Assembly (NCBI GenBank): GCA_965649765.1
Contig: OZ287757.1
Span: forward strand, 13,454,001 to 13,518,000
Direction of reading: 5' to 3'
DNA: 64,000 bases
Source: Bispira polyomma
Lineage: Eukaryota
Every line of letters starts with the position of its first letter. The first letter of the stretch is position 1. Both the position numbers and the translations under genes were made by a program. This document shows, piece by piece, positions 63,613 to 64,000 of this stretch. A model generated the notes under the pieces. It did not search any database. It had not been told where the DNA came from and saw only the letters and a list, made by a program, of their open reading frames with translations.

Positions 63613-64000
63613 ATGGGACGTTCAAGAAAAACACCATCTGCAGGATCAAAGCCAGCTAAAGTCAAGAAAACCACAGCCAAGGCAAAAAAAGACTACAATT
63701 CATGATCAGGTAAATGGGAGTTTTATATCCGATTTACCCTTTCCCTTGGGTCAATCAACACCCCAGAATAGATCAAGTTCAGCCGGATCTGAGTTTAACC
63801 AGTATGCAGGCTCCAATCCCATTCACACGGATGTCGGGCAGATCCACGCTAATCAACCACTCGGGTCACTTGCTACTACTACAAGCGGGCCGGCAGGTGA
63901 TACAGCACAAATGCTGGAAATCTTGAAGAGATTGGAGCAGTCCAACGCGGACTTAGGCCGGCGCCTCCACAAGGTAGAATCCCGAGAGTCTCAGAATTCC
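63613..64000 (+). mobile_element. Probable 5' part of another retroelement gag/ORF1 running off the window
   Basis: GC shift; MGRSRKTPSAGSK... start, then coiled-coil QMLEILKRLEQSNADLGRRLHKVESRES resembling QILLQLQKVNARLNAVEDRVE of the DIRS gag. Confidence 0.4.

Overview
AT-rich eukaryotic (animal) genomic DNA. The SINE, MITE and HINE families suggest a marine invertebrate, probably a mollusc (inference). The only clear host gene is the 3' half of a spliced + strand short-chain dehydrogenase (4 exons, 559-6232) of the bacterial D-3-hydroxybutyrate dehydrogenase type. One of its introns holds a decayed Harbinger transposon with both termini intact. Almost everything downstream (about 6-63 kb) is non-coding sequence expanded by overlapping, staggered tandem duplications (X1/X2, Y1-Y3, Z1-Z3), one of which copied the gene's last exon. 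The duplicates are interrupted by many transposons: a near-full-length tyrosine-recombinase (DIRS/Ngaro-like) retrotransposon at 18550-24034 with a precise empty site in the paralog, several more pieces of that family including a non-autonomous split-direct-repeat derivative, L2/CR1 and RTE-like LINE fragments, tRNA-derived SINEs, and hAT, Harbinger, Mutator-like and Helentron-type MITEs. No rRNA, genuine tRNA or CRISPR array was seen. All alignments were made by eye, so boundaries of repeats and duplications are approximate.
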